DNA of 64,000 bases, from the NCBI GenBank assembly GCA_947625725.1, contig CANQPI010000008.1:3159-67158 (forward strand), given 5' to 3'. Origin of the DNA: an uncultured Clostridia bacterium. Lineage in GTDB: Bacteria; Bacillota; Clostridia; Christensenellales; CAG-314. This document shows, piece after piece, positions 1 through 10,111 of the stretch. The stretch's first letter is position 1; each line of letters starts with the position of its first letter. The position numbers and the translations under genes are program-made. Below the pieces are notes generated by a model. It saw nothing but the letters and a program-made list of their open reading frames with translations. It did no database searches and was not told where the DNA came from.

Positions 1-347
1 GTCTGCTGTTTGCCCACGCGCACCAACGCTATCGGTTGCTCGGCGCGAGATTTCTTTTCGGTCGGGGCGGGTCTGACGGCAACGCTCGTTGGTTGCCGTT
101 CGGTATTCGGTTCGTCATCCCTCAATTGCCAAAGCCCGAAACTCGTCACAGCGGCGATCGCTCCCGCCGCGAACAATATCGCTCCCGCCCAAAAATCGAC
201 GGAAGCCGCCGTGCGGTGGGCTTCTTCGCCGAAATACGGCAAAAAGAAGTAAAGCAAAATAAGCGTCGTTCCCGCCAGCAGCGACAGTATTGCCGATACA
301 AGCGTTATTACAATAGGATTTGTTTTTTTTCTCTTGTTGTTACGCAT
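1..347 (-). CDS. hypothetical small membrane protein (N-terminal part only; runs off window start)
   Basis: My own minus-strand translation from the ATG at 345-347 gives MRNNKRKKTNPIVITLVSAILSLLAGTTLILLYFFLPYF...FWAGAILFAAGAIAAVTSFGLWQL... It has two hydrophobic helices and no stop before the window edge. It is absent from the ORF track because it is truncated. Confidence 0.45.
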   Translation of the reverse strand, partial: MRNNKRKKTNPIVITLVSAILSLLAGTTLILLYFFLPYFGEEAHRTAASVDFWAGAILFAAGAIAAVTSFGLWQLRDDEPNTERQPTSVAVRPAPTEKKSRAEQPIALVRVGKQQ

Positions 348-388
348 AGATCCCCGTTAATTATAACTTTGTGCAAAGTTTGCGAATT

Positions 389-925
389 TTACTTGCCCTG
401 TTCGGTGCGGAATTGCCGCACGAAATTGCGTATCTGACGGCGCGTTTTGAGTACTGTTTTTTTGCCCGAAGTCGCGTTCAGTTTGTCAAACAACGTTTGC
501 CGACGCGCTTTGGTACGCCCCTCCCAAAGTACCCAATGCCGAAAACTGCGGTCGAACTTTTCGGGACAGCCCAGATCGGGTCGGGCGATTTTGCGAAATT
601 TTCGGTAACGTCTGTATGCCGACCAAAAGCAAGTCCAACGGTTGAGCAACAACAAAACGGTCAAATCCGTTTGTTCAAACCGCTCGGGCGCGATCTTGCC
701 CCAATTTCCGTCCAAAACCCAACTGTCGTGTTCCGCTAAAAATTTTCGCACCGTCTGCGATTGTTCTTCGTCGGTGCGTTCCTGCCAATCGCCGTAGAAA
801 TGGGTGCTGTCCAAATGCAACACGGGCAAATCGGCGATTTCGCCGAGTTTTTGCGCAAGAGTGGATTTTCCGCTGCCCGAATATCCGATTATCTGTATTT
901 TCACAAAGACCCCCTTTTTCGGCAT
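389..925 (-). CDS. P-loop NTPase, topology-modulation (FlaR)/adenylate-kinase-like
   Basis: It lies in the C-terminal part of ORF 389..1549. An internal ATG at 925 gives [39 protein letters not shown]...WVLDGNW, with a Walker A motif (GYSGSGKST). The longer N-terminal extension overlaps the upstream permease and is low-complexity. Confidence 0.7.
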   Translation of the reverse strand: MPKKGVFVKIQIIGYSGSGKSTLAQKLGEIADLPVLHLDSTHFYGDWQERTDEEQSQTVRKFLAEHDSWVLDGNWGKIAPERFEQTDLTVLLLLNRWTCFWSAYRRYRKFRKIARPDLGCPEKFDRSFRHWVLWEGRTKARRQTLFDKLNATSGKKTVLKTRRQIRNFVRQFRTEQGK

Positions 926-942
926 GCAACGCTTGAAAGTGT

Positions 943-2280
943 TCAGGTTTTGAGCAATTCCAAAACGCTCTTGCGACGAATACGCAACAACGCAAACACA
1001 AAAAACAACATAGCCGCCGCGAACACCGCCGCTATCGACAGCGCCAACAACTGCGCCATAAGCGTCGGAGATAAACTCATAGAAATTTTTGTGCCCAACG
1101 CCACCAATTCCGTAATTGCGGCGTAGCCCACTACCGAACCGACAAGCGCGAGCGGCAAAGACGCGGCAAACATCAACACCACTTGCGCAAAGAGCAATCT
1201 GTACAAGTTGTTCGAGCCGAGTCCGCAACTGAGCAAAATGCCGCCCGTCCGCGAAAAGGCGAGGACAAACTTGTTCATCACAAGCATCACCGTCAATACC
1301 AGACTCAACGCCAACACCGAACCCACAACATAATATACGTTGAGTACTACCGTTTTGATTTTGTTCAAAAATTCCCGTTGTTGATATGCTGCCACGCCGC
1401 AGTAGGTAAGTCCGTATTCGGAGGCAATATCGCCGAGTTCGCCCTCGCCCAGGTCGCTCCACTCGTTCAACAGGTACACGTGGCGCGTTACGGGCGGGAG
1501 ATTGACGCCGTTTTCGCGCGAAAATATCACGCTGGGACGTATTTGCCAATCTTCGCTGTGTCCCGACAACTCGTAGTACTCCTTGACGATCACTCCCGTC
1601 ACGCGGACATAGCGCATACCTATCACGCTCATGTAGTCGTCCACTTCTATATCGCCGTTTTCTCCCAAACGGATACTCAAATTTTTACCCAAAACGTCCT
1701 CGGCGCGCAGACCGTAACCGTTGAGCATGCGCTCGGATACAAGCGCGTCGTTTTCGCCCGAGGGCAGTTCGCCTATGTAAAAAGAATCTTTGCCGAAACG
1801 CAGTTTGAGTTCGCTCGCGTCCGCCTCGGTAAACGGATAAAATTCATCGTCGGAAGCGTTTTGCAGTTTGTACAGCCACAAATATTGCGGCTCCTGCTCC
1901 GCGTCGAAGCGGAAACTGCGATCCGTGCCGTAAAAAGTGACGGTGACGTAGTTGGTAGTTACCGTCGGAACGTTTACGCCGACGTTCTTTTCCATAAATC
2001 CGCTAAGGTCGTATATGCCTATTTCGCTGTGACGGAACTCGGGCAAACTCCGTTGCGCCAATTGCGCCGACACATCCTCGTCGCCGAAAAAGTAGTTGGA
2101 GGAAACGGTTTGTTCAAACAAATCTTGACGGCGCGTTTCTATCGAAAGCGTAAACGCCGCAAAAAGGCAAATAAGTACGGAAAGACAAGCGAACACAAGG
2201 CACAGTTTGGCATTTATCCACTTGTGGGCGCGCATACAGTACGCCGCCAATTTGAATACGGGTTGGCGTTTGCTATTCAT
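943..2280 (-). CDS. ABC transporter permease, FtsX/MacB-type
   Basis: 445 aa with an N-terminal TM helix, a large extracytoplasmic domain, and a C-terminal 3-TM FtsX-like bundle (…GGILLSCGLGSNNLYRLLFAQVVLMF…). It overlaps the upstream permease stop by 8 nt. Confidence 0.75.
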   Translation of the reverse strand: MNSKRQPVFKLAAYCMRAHKWINAKLCLVFACLSVLICLFAAFTLSIETRRQDLFEQTVSSNYFFGDEDVSAQLAQRSLPEFRHSEIGIYDLSGFMEKNVGVNVPTVTTNYVTVTFYGTDRSFRFDAEQEPQYLWLYKLQNASDDEFYPFTEADASELKLRFGKDSFYIGELPSGENDALVSERMLNGYGLRAEDVLGKNLSIRLGENGDIEVDDYMSVIGMRYVRVTGVIVKEYYELSGHSEDWQIRPSVIFSRENGVNLPPVTRHVYLLNEWSDLGEGELGDIASEYGLTYCGVAAYQQREFLNKIKTVVLNVYYVVGSVLALSLVLTVMLVMNKFVLAFSRTGGILLSCGLGSNNLYRLLFAQVVLMFAASLPLALVGSVVGYAAITELVALGTKISMSLSPTLMAQLLALSIAAVFAAAMLFFVFALLRIRRKSVLELLKT

Positions 2281-3460
2281 AGCGCACCTCCTGCGCGACG
2301 GGCAGTCGCGATCTACGCCAAGACGTCAACGCAAACGCCGCCGTAGCGACAATCGCGCCCGCGCCTGCCACCGACAACGGCAACCACACGCGGTAGTGAT
2401 AGGGGTAAACCGAGCCGAACATCTGCGTGCAAACGTTCAACAAATGTTTGCTCAACAGGACGGACAGTCCCGAACCCAAGACTACGGAAAGAATTATCAA
2501 CGTCACCGCGATAGAACAATACACCGTCGCTATCACGGCGTTTGTCGCTCCCAACAATTCAAAACGGCACATTTGCCCTTTGCGTTCGCGGAAAAACGTT
2601 GTTATGAGCGCGTACAAAACAAACAGCAACATCACGCCCAAAAGCGCGGCAAGAGAGCCGTACAACGTTTGTACCAACGCGATATTTTCTCTGTTGACGG
2701 TCATTGCCCAAGATATTACGTAGGGCGTGCCCTCTTTGTCCAGACGGTCGCACAGTTTGTTGAGGCGCGCGCAGGAGGCAAAACCGAAATACACTTCGTC
2801 GCAGACGGCGTCGTCCGTTTGCTCCACCACGTAAAAATAAGTTGCGGGCAACAAAACTTCGTCCATGCCGTACTTGTGCGAAACAGATTCGCGCTCATAC
2901 ACGCCCAAGACGACATACTCTTGTTCGTCGTCGCTCCCTACCGCTTTGAAGCGCAACTCGTCGCCCGTTTCGACGTCCAATTCCCTTGCGACGTAGTCGG
3001 AGAGCAACACGCCGCGACGGGGTTCGAATTCGACAAGTTTTTGCAAGCGGTCGGCATAGCGCAGATCCGTCAAATAACCGTGACGTTCGTTGCGGTACTC
3101 CATGTCGCCGCCCAACTGCGTTATTTCGTCCGTCAAAAACACTTTGCCGACGGGCGAAATCAACTCGACGTTTTGCGTTTTGCCATCTGCCGCCGCATAG
3201 CAGACAGCCGCTCCGTAGTCCGAAGCGCGACTCATGCTCACATCGTCCAAACGCACGGCAAAACTTTCTCCGCCAAGTGCTTCGAAGTAATGCTTTTTGC
3301 TTGAATCCATACCCTCTACCATGCCGACGGGCGTATCTATCAGCACCGAAGTTACGCTCAAAAAGGCTGCGGCAAACGCAGTGAGTATCACGAAAGTGAC
3401 CGCAAGCGAACGTTTGAGGAAGGACGCTTCCAACAAGATAAGTCTAACCAACTTTTTCAT
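2273..3460 (-). CDS. ABC transporter permease, FtsX/MacB-type
   Basis: 395 aa with the same architecture as 943..2280: one TM helix, an extracytoplasmic domain and a C-terminal TM bundle. It overlaps the ATPase gene by 17 nt. Confidence 0.75.
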   Translation of the reverse strand: MKKLVRLILLEASFLKRSLAVTFVILTAFAAAFLSVTSVLIDTPVGMVEGMDSSKKHYFEALGGESFAVRLDDVSMSRASDYGAAVCYAAADGKTQNVELISPVGKVFLTDEITQLGGDMEYRNERHGYLTDLRYADRLQKLVEFEPRRGVLLSDYVARELDVETGDELRFKAVGSDDEQEYVVLGVYERESVSHKYGMDEVLLPATYFYVVEQTDDAVCDEVYFGFASCARLNKLCDRLDKEGTPYVISWAMTVNRENIALVQTLYGSLAALLGVMLLFVLYALITTFFRERKGQMCRFELLGATNAVIATVYCSIAVTLIILSVVLGSGLSVLLSKHLLNVCTQMFGSVYPYHYRVWLPLSVAGAGAIVATAAFALTSWRRSRLPVAQEVRYE

Positions 3461-4130
3461 CGGCGCAGACGTCCCCCACTATTTTGCCGTCGGACATGGT
3501 AACTATACGGCGCGCGCGAGCGGCGTCCTCGGCGTCGTGCGTTACCATGACTATGGTTTTGCCCGAATCGTGCAGTTGACACAGCAAATTCATTATGTTT
3601 TCGGAATTTGCCGAATCCAGATTGCCGCAAGGCTCGTCGGCGAGAATGTACTTCGGGTCGTTGACGATTGCGCGGGCGATCGCCACGCGTTGTTGCTCTC
3701 CGCCGGACAGCGTGCGAGCCTTATCTCGCGATTTGCGGCTCAACCCCACCAACTCCAACGCCGAGTTTACGCGCGAGGCATTGTCCCCCACCTTGCCCGC
3801 AAGTATAAGCGGCAATTCCACGTTTTCAAACACGGTAAAACTCGGTTCGAGATAGAATGCCTGAAAAACAAATCCGACCGTTTTGTTGCGATAGGAGGCT
3901 ATTTGTTTGGAACTTTGTTGGAACAGATCCGTCCCGTCCACAAGCACGCTGCCTGAACTTGGTACGTCCAACGTGCCCAATATGTTGAGCAACGTGGATT
4001 TGCCGCTGCCGGACTTGCCTGTAATGGCGACAAAATCTCCGTCGGCAATTTCCAAATCCACGCCGTCCAAAGCATAAAAATCCTGCTTGCCCGAAATGTA
4101 TTTTTTGCTGAGTTGTCGAATGGAAATCAC
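3444..4130 (-). CDS. ABC transporter ATP-binding protein (MacB/LolD-like)
   Basis: Walker [10 protein letters not shown], signature [14 protein letters not shown], Walker B ILADEP. GTG start at 4130 preceded by AAGGAG. Confidence 0.9.
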   Translation of the reverse strand: MISIRQLSKKYISGKQDFYALDGVDLEIADGDFVAITGKSGSGKSTLLNILGTLDVPSSGSVLVDGTDLFQQSSKQIASYRNKTVGFVFQAFYLEPSFTVFENVELPLILAGKVGDNASRVNSALELVGLSRKSRDKARTLSGGEQQRVAIARAIVNDPKYILADEPCGNLDSANSENIMNLLCQLHDSGKTIVMVTHDAEDAARARRIVTMSDGKIVGDVCADEKVG

Positions 4131-4387
4131 TTTTGTTCTCCTTGTCGCGATTCGGATATGTATATATGATAATATTTTATATTAAATTTGTCAAAACGTA
4201 AATAGTTTGCGACGAATTTTATCCCCGACGTTTGCACGAGTTGCGGGTTGCATTTTTCAAAAAACGTTTACAAACGTCCGAAATGGTGATACAATATTAA
4301 ACAACAGCGAATTATTGGCGGTCAAAACCCGTCTGCCTGCTCTGAAAAATTTGTACAACAGTCTGTAAAGCGAACGCTTAACAAAAT

Positions 4388-5101
4388 ATGAGCAAGAATA
4401 AAGACGTAAAACAATATCCGAACCAACCCGTTTGGAAAGGAACGGCAAAATTTTTGAGAATGTTTTTCAAAAAGCCGAAAATTTTGAGTCTGTCGGGCGA
4501 ACTGAACGACAGAGCCGTTTTTGTTGCCAATCACGCGGCTATGTTCGGTCCCGTCATGTACAATTTGTATTTGCCCGCGCAATTTGCGCAATGGGGAGCG
4601 TGGCCCATGTTGGGCACCTGGAAACAACGCTATCACTACTTGCACGACGTGTATTTCATTCAAAAAAGGCACAAAAACAAATTTGCGGCAACGCTGTTGG
4701 CGTTGTTCGAGGCGGGATTTTCGCCAATGTTTTACAAAGGACTGCGCGTTTTGCCAAGTTACAACGACCAACGCTTTTTGATCACGTTGCGCAAAAGTAT
4801 TCAAGTGCTGGACAGCGGCAAAGGCGTGATTATCTTCCCCGAAAACAGCGACGACGGCTATCACGAAACATTGACGGAGTTCTACGCGGGGTTTGTGGAA
4901 CTTGCCAAATACTACCGCAAAAGAAAGGGCGAGGACGTCCCCATTTATCCCGTCTACTATCACGCCAAACTCAAAAAGATCGTGATCGGATTTCCGTCAT
5001 ATTACAGCGAATACGAGGCAAAAGGAATGGATCGTAAACAAATAGCCAACGAATTTTGCCGACAGGTAAACGAACTGTTTGAACAACACATCAAAGAATA
5101 A
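4388..5101 (+). CDS. acyltransferase-like protein (PlsC/LPLAT superfamily, degenerate HX4D)
   Basis: 237 aa. The motifs VANHAAMFGP and IIFPENSDDG resemble acyltransferase blocks I and III, but the Asp of HX4D is not present. Confidence 0.55.
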   Translation: MSKNKDVKQYPNQPVWKGTAKFLRMFFKKPKILSLSGELNDRAVFVANHAAMFGPVMYNLYLPAQFAQWGAWPMLGTWKQRYHYLHDVYFIQKRHKNKFAATLLALFEAGFSPMFYKGLRVLPSYNDQRFLITLRKSIQVLDSGKGVIIFPENSDDGYHETLTEFYAGFVELAKYYRKRKGEDVPIYPVYYHAKLKKIVIGFPSYYSEYEAKGMDRKQIANEFCRQVNELFEQHIKE

Positions 5102-5139
5102 ACAAACTGTTGCAAAAAAATTTACACATTTTAGCAGAT

Positions 5140-5165
5140 CCGCCGCCGTTGCGGCGGGTTTTTTT
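5140..5165 (+). terminator. Rho-independent terminator after the acyltransferase-like gene
   Basis: Stem CCGCCGCC GUU GCGGCGGG followed by a T-run. Confidence 0.6.
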
Positions 5166-5256
5166 GCGCCGTGACGCTTTTGCGCGCACTGACCGTTGCA
5201 GACGTTTTTCGCGTACCCGTCGCGACGTTTTGGGCGACAAATACAACAAAATACAC

Positions 5257-5304
5257 AAAAAAAACTTGCCCCATGTCGTCATTTTGACGTTTGGGGCAAG
5301 TTTT
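5257..5304 (-). terminator. Rho-independent terminator after the surface-protein gene
   Basis: On the minus strand, CUUGCCCCA...UGGGGCAAG forms the stem, followed by U8. Confidence 0.55.
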
Positions 5305-5310
5305 GTTAAA

Positions 5311-7962
5311 CTACTTTTTTCTGCGTTTGACAACGACTATGACGACCGCCGCGACAGTCGCCGCCGCACCGACGCCTGTCACTATCCACCACCACGGGAA
5401 CGTACCGTTCGGGTCGGTCGGAGCAACGGGATCGCTCGGCGTAGTAGGATGTACCGAACCGTTCTCCGAAATAACAAGAACAAACTCCTTGGTTTGGGGA
5501 ACGTTGAAGTTGGCGGTATCGTCAACGGCGAATATCACTTTGACGGCATATTCTCCCGCGGTCGTAGGCGCGCCGTCCAACTTTGCACCATTCGAATAGT
5601 ACTCTACCGCTGCCGTTACGCCCGCGGGCAAATTGATTACCGTCAACTCTTTGGGCAAGCCGTTGTAGGCAACGGAAAAACCGTCGGCGGCGGGGGCGGA
5701 GTCGTCCACTCGGTATTCAACGCGCGTCATGTCGATATCCGCTTGCAAAACGGTCAAAACAAACGTGACCGAGTCGCTCGTGCCGTCGCGCCATTGCCCC
5801 TCCTTGGGGGACGCGGTCAACGCGTACACGCCTACATTCACCGCAGACAAACCGCCGCTATCCAACGTCGCGCCTTGCGGCACGGGGCCAAAGGACATTT
5901 TGCCTGCGCTCGGGATAGCAAGAGTGATTTTGTTGCCGTTGTAGGTCCTTGTCAGAGTGAGTTGATCGCCGACGGGCTTTGTGGGAGGAAGTTTGTCGTC
6001 CTCGATCACAAGCGTAAAAGTCGCCGTATATGTACCCATGACATTTACAACGTACTCGCCCGACTCCGAAGGAGGTTCCGAAAGTTCCACTCCGTTTTGA
6101 TAAAACTTGACGGAACGCGACTTAACGTCGATATTGAGCAACCCCACATGCTTTTGTTTGCCGTCGTAGGGTACGGTAACGGAGCCGTTTTGAACAAGAT
6201 AGCCCGAAACAAGTATCGCGACGTCGTCGGAGGGCAACACGGTGTAGACGCATTCTTCTACCCAACCGAACGCCGCGCTCTTTACAAAGGTCACGTCGTA
6301 ATTGTTGTAAACGCCGTTTTGTATTTCCACATCATAAGTGCCGACAGGCATATCGGCGTCAAACGGATATACTTTGCCGTCCGCGCGGCTTGTCAAAACG
6401 GGAGATATTTCGCCCAGATCTTCTATGTCGTCATCGCCGACAAATGCGCCGTACAGCGCGCCCAATCTCAGATTTTTTACGGTGGGAGTTTGTCCGAAAA
6501 CGTGAAAACCGCCCTCCGTATCGCCGTAAATATGCACTTCCAACGGACGCGGCTCGATAGTCAGAGTAAATTCAACGGGGTCTGCCGTGCCGTCCGCCCA
6601 CTTGCCCGACTTGGGAGCGGCTTCGAGCGTGTACGTACCCGCGTCAACCGCGGAAAGAATACCGTAACCGAACGCCGCGCCGTCGGGTATGTCGCCGAGA
6701 TCCATCTCGGTGTAATCGGGGATCGCCAACGTGTGCGTACACCCGTCGTACTGCGCGACAACCGTTTGCGACTGCGGTTTGCCAACGTTTTCGTCATGTT
6801 GAGAACCGTTTTCTATTGCGGTGAGATTGAGGTGTATTGCAGGACGAACATATTGCGATTGATTGCTACGGCTATCAACGTTTTTCGTACCCATACTGCC
6901 CGTTATATCCAGCGCATAAGCCGCGTCGCCGCTTGGGCGCGTTTCCGTTTGCGTATTGCCCGAACGCAGCCAAGAGCCGTGCGCATGACTGTCCGTCGTG
7001 GTCTGATCCCAGACGGTGTTCCACAAACCCGCGTCATACTTTTTGCCCTCGGGGAAATAATATGTGCCGTGTTCGTCCGTTTGAAAAGACGTAAAAGTGC
7101 CGTGTCCCGTTTCGGAAAGAGATGGCAACCACAGTTTATCTGTTTTCCAATCGGCATATCCGTTTTTTGCACGGTAGTCATAGCCGTCTTGGACATTGTA
7201 GTTCAGCCCGTCCTCGGCATAACCCTCGTTCAAATTGTCAAAAGGATCTTGCAATATATTGCCGACATTATCTCTGAACTCGGGCAGCAAAACGGAACTG
7301 CGCTCATTGGCTTGGTAGGCGATATTTTCAGGCGCGACAAGATATTTGTCAAAGGATGAGAGAAATATCTTCCACTCGTCCGCTTGCACGCTCTTGCCGC
7401 TTGTAAGTTGCGTTGCGCTTGCCTCCGCCAAATAGTCGGTACCGTTGAGGTAGGCGCGAATGTAACTGCTCGAATACATATTCATTGGATACGGGTCATA
7501 CTGCGTTTGAGGCGTGTTTTGCCAAGTAAAACCGTCCAACTGACAAGCCGACCACGGTTGCGCGTCTGACGTCCACGCCAACCAAAGCGTCAAAATTACG
7601 TTTCCGTCGCAGTCCGTCGTGAGATGCACGGGAGTCCATTTTTTGTTGCCCAGCATAACCGTAAAACCCAACTGCGCAAAGTCGCCCGCACCCGTTCCCG
7701 TCGCTCGATATTCCTCCGAGGCGACTTTGTTCGCGGCGGTATTTAACTGTTGTAGCGACGTTGCGCCGCTTACCAACTGACAGTACAGTTTGGAAAGTTC
7801 GCTCTTGACAAACGAGCCGTTGCCATCGTCCAAAACCGCAGTCGAAGTCGGTTCGGAACGCCATGCGTTCGCTTGCCGAGCGGGCATGCTCAAAGCGATT
7901 GCCAACGCCGAAAACAAGATCAAAGCCAATATCGAAAGGTACACATATCTGTTTTTTGTCAT
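5311..7962 (-). CDS. large cell-surface protein with repeated Ig-like (MBG-like) modules and a C-terminal TM anchor
   Basis: 883 aa. Signal peptide MTKNRYVYLSILALILFSALAIALS. The N-terminal domain carries DKLWLPSLSE...GSWLRSGN motifs. At least 4 modules follow the pattern Y(D/N)G...AG(T/E/V)Y...(F/T)(T/V)L(T/V)I. C-terminal anchor WWWIVTGVGAAATVAAVVIVVVKRRKK. SD GGGAGG upstream. Confidence 0.8.
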   Translation of the reverse strand: MTKNRYVYLSILALILFSALAIALSMPARQANAWRSEPTSTAVLDDGNGSFVKSELSKLYCQLVSGATSLQQLNTAANKVASEEYRATGTGAGDFAQLGFTVMLGNKKWTPVHLTTDCDGNVILTLWLAWTSDAQPWSACQLDGFTWQNTPQTQYDPYPMNMYSSSYIRAYLNGTDYLAEASATQLTSGKSVQADEWKIFLSSFDKYLVAPENIAYQANERSSVLLPEFRDNVGNILQDPFDNLNEGYAEDGLNYNVQDGYDYRAKNGYADWKTDKLWLPSLSETGHGTFTSFQTDEHGTYYFPEGKKYDAGLWNTVWDQTTTDSHAHGSWLRSGNTQTETRPSGDAAYALDITGSMGTKNVDSRSNQSQYVRPAIHLNLTAIENGSQHDENVGKPQSQTVVAQYDGCTHTLAIPDYTEMDLGDIPDGAAFGYGILSAVDAGTYTLEAAPKSGKWADGTADPVEFTLTIEPRPLEVHIYGDTEGGFHVFGQTPTVKNLRLGALYGAFVGDDDIEDLGEISPVLTSRADGKVYPFDADMPVGTYDVEIQNGVYNNYDVTFVKSAAFGWVEECVYTVLPSDDVAILVSGYLVQNGSVTVPYDGKQKHVGLLNIDVKSRSVKFYQNGVELSEPPSESGEYVVNVMGTYTATFTLVIEDDKLPPTKPVGDQLTLTRTYNGNKITLAIPSAGKMSFGPVPQGATLDSGGLSAVNVGVYALTASPKEGQWRDGTSDSVTFVLTVLQADIDMTRVEYRVDDSAPAADGFSVAYNGLPKELTVINLPAGVTAAVEYYSNGAKLDGAPTTAGEYAVKVIFAVDDTANFNVPQTKEFVLVISENGSVHPTTPSDPVAPTDPNGTFPWWWIVTGVGAAATVAAVVIVVVKRRKK

Positions 7963-8094
7963 GATTACCTCCCAAAAGTAATCTAAACTAAAATATAAAC
8001 AAAATTTTTTTATTTGTCAATATATGCCAAAACAATGATTTGCGAATTTTTTTCACCCGTAACGGCGCGCCGTATGCCGAGCAATTTTGCCCGA

Positions 8095-8133
8095 AACAAA
8101 AACCAACCTCGCGGTTTGTGAGGTTGGTTTGTT
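8095..8133 (-). terminator. Rho-independent terminator after the ABC exporter pair
   Basis: Minus strand AAACCAACCUC-loop-GAGGUUGGUUU followed by UUGUUU. Confidence 0.6.
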
Positions 8134-8167
8134 TGAACAACAAACAAGATATTCGAAGTTTTTAATA

Positions 8168-10111
8168 TTAGGACAGTTCGAACATACCCGTGTACAATTG
8201 GTAATATTTGCCTTTTTGCGCTATCAAGTCGTCGTGACTGCCTCGTTCGATAATCACGCCGTTTTCCAACACCATGATTGCGTCGCTGTTGCGAACGGTG
8301 GAGAGTCGGTGCGCGATTACAAAGGTCGTGCGCCCCTCCATCAACGCGTCCATACCCTTTTCGATAAGCCACTCGGTACGCGTGTCGATACTGCTTGTCG
8401 CTTCGTCCAAGATCAGCACGGGCGGATCGGCAACGGCGGCGCGAGCAATGGCGATAAGTTGCCGCTGACCTTGGGACAGGTTTTCGCCGTCGCGCGTGAG
8501 CATTGTGTTGTAGCCCTCGGGCAAATGTTTGATGAATTGGTGCGCGTTGGCGGAACGGGCGGCGGCAATGCACTCCTCGTCGGTGGCGTCCAACCGTCCG
8601 TAGCGGATATTGTCCAAAACCGTACCCGTAAACAGGTGCGTATCCTGCAACACCATGGCGAGCGAACGCCTCAGATCCGCCTTTTTGATTTTGTTGATAT
8701 TGATACCGTCGTAGCGAATTTTGCCGTCAGGCACGTCGTAGAACCTGTTGATAAGGTTGGTTATCGTGGTTTTGCCCGCGCCCGTACTGCCCACAAAGGC
8801 GATTTTTTGCCCCGGGTGAGCGTACAGCGACACGTCGTGCAACACCGTTTTGCCCTCCTCGTAGCCGAAAGTCACGTCCTCGAACACCACGTCGCCTTTC
8901 AGTTCCGTATAGGTGACGGTGCCGTCACCGTGAGGATGTTTCCAAGCCCAATGTCCCGTGCGCGCGTCGCTTTCGGTTATGTTGCCCTGTTCGTCAACAA
9001 CGGCGTTTACCAACGTTACGTAACCTTCGTCCGTTTCGGTCGGCGTATCCATAAGCGCAAACACGCGCTCGCCGCCCGCAACCGCCATGAACAACAAATT
9101 GATCTGTTGAGAAACTTGCTGTATCGGCATTGTTATGGTGCGCACATACAGCAAAAACGCCGCAATTGTACCCACATAGTTGAGCGGATTGTCGGATTTG
9201 ACGGCGATTATCGCGCCGAAAATGGCGATCCCCGCGTAGAAGAAGTGGGACATATTGTTCATTATCGGTCCCATGATGTTGGCGTAACTGTTGGCGCGCG
9301 TCGATACCGTCGCCCAATGACTGTTGATTTTGTCAAATTCTTCCGCGGCGATCTTTTCGTGGTTAAACACTTTTACCACTTTTTGTCCTTCCGTCATTTC
9401 TTCGATGTAGCCGTTGAGTTTGCCCACCGCGGCTTGTTGCGCCACAAAGTTCTTTTTGGAGCGACCGCCGATAACCTTGACGAGAATGCCCATCACCACC
9501 AACATCCCCACCATTACCAACGCCAATCTCCATTCCATTACGAACATTACCACAAACACGCCCAAAATGGTGACAAAACTGCTGACGAACTGCGGCAAAG
9601 CGCGAGCGATAAACTCGTTCATCATGTCGATATCGTTGGTGTAGCGGCTCATCAATTCGCCGTGAGTTGTTCCGTCAAACACTTTGACGGGCAATGACTG
9701 CATGTGCGTGAACAATTCGTCGCGCAAACGCTTTATCGTAGAGGTGGATACGGCTATCAGCAGACGGTTGAACAGGTAGTTGGAAAGCAAAGCCAACACG
9801 TATATCCCTGCCATCAGTCCCACTACCGCGCCGAGGTATGTCAATTTGTCGCCCGAAATGGCGTACTTGTCGATAAAGGACAGACCTGTAAGAGCAACGT
9901 CGGTAGATTGAGCGTCCATAGCCAAGCCGTTTATCAACGGTTTGAGCAGCGACGTTGCCAAAACGTTTGCAACGCTTTGCACAAACACGCACACAAATAC
10001 CACCACCATGCGCCACTTGAACGGTTTGAGATAGCCGATCAATCTGCCCAATGTGCCTTTGATATTTTTGGGACGCTGTGCGCCCATATATTTATTACTG
10101 CGCGGAGGCAT
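8168..10111 (-). CDS. ABC exporter, fused permease/ATPase (type I half-transporter, subunit B of a heterodimer)
   Basis: 647 aa with 6 TM helices plus an NBD. Walker A GSTGAGKTT, signature LSQGQRQLIAIARA, Walker B ILDEATS. The start shares 1 nt (TGATG) with the upstream gene's stop. Confidence 0.9.
   Translation of the reverse strand: MPPRSNKYMGAQRPKNIKGTLGRLIGYLKPFKWRMVVVFVCVFVQSVANVLATSLLKPLINGLAMDAQSTDVALTGLSFIDKYAISGDKLTYLGAVVGLMAGIYVLALLSNYLFNRLLIAVSTSTIKRLRDELFTHMQSLPVKVFDGTTHGELMSRYTNDIDMMNEFIARALPQFVSSFVTILGVFVVMFVMEWRLALVMVGMLVVMGILVKVIGGRSKKNFVAQQAAVGKLNGYIEEMTEGQKVVKVFNHEKIAAEEFDKINSHWATVSTRANSYANIMGPIMNNMSHFFYAGIAIFGAIIAVKSDNPLNYVGTIAAFLLYVRTITMPIQQVSQQINLLFMAVAGGERVFALMDTPTETDEGYVTLVNAVVDEQGNITESDARTGHWAWKHPHGDGTVTYTELKGDVVFEDVTFGYEEGKTVLHDVSLYAHPGQKIAFVGSTGAGKTTITNLINRFYDVPDGKIRYDGININKIKKADLRRSLAMVLQDTHLFTGTVLDNIRYGRLDATDEECIAAARSANAHQFIKHLPEGYNTMLTRDGENLSQGQRQLIAIARAAVADPPVLILDEATSSIDTRTEWLIEKGMDALMEGRTTFVIAHRLSTVRNSDAIMVLENGVIIERGSHDDLIAQKGKYYQLYTGMFELS

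Noticed and set aside
5110-7359. Very long antisense ORFs opposite real genes: 5110..7359 (+), 8087..9697 (+), 12541..15501 (+), 34519..36387 (+), 41057..43282 (+) and 54056..56206 (+).
   Set aside because: Their translations are low-complexity and rich in R, H, V, G and A, with no recognisable motifs. They have no SD sequences and lie fully inside the opposite strand of genes with unmistakable family motifs (surface protein, ABC, dnaE, GH13, RND, secA). They are typical shadow ORFs in moderately GC-rich DNA.
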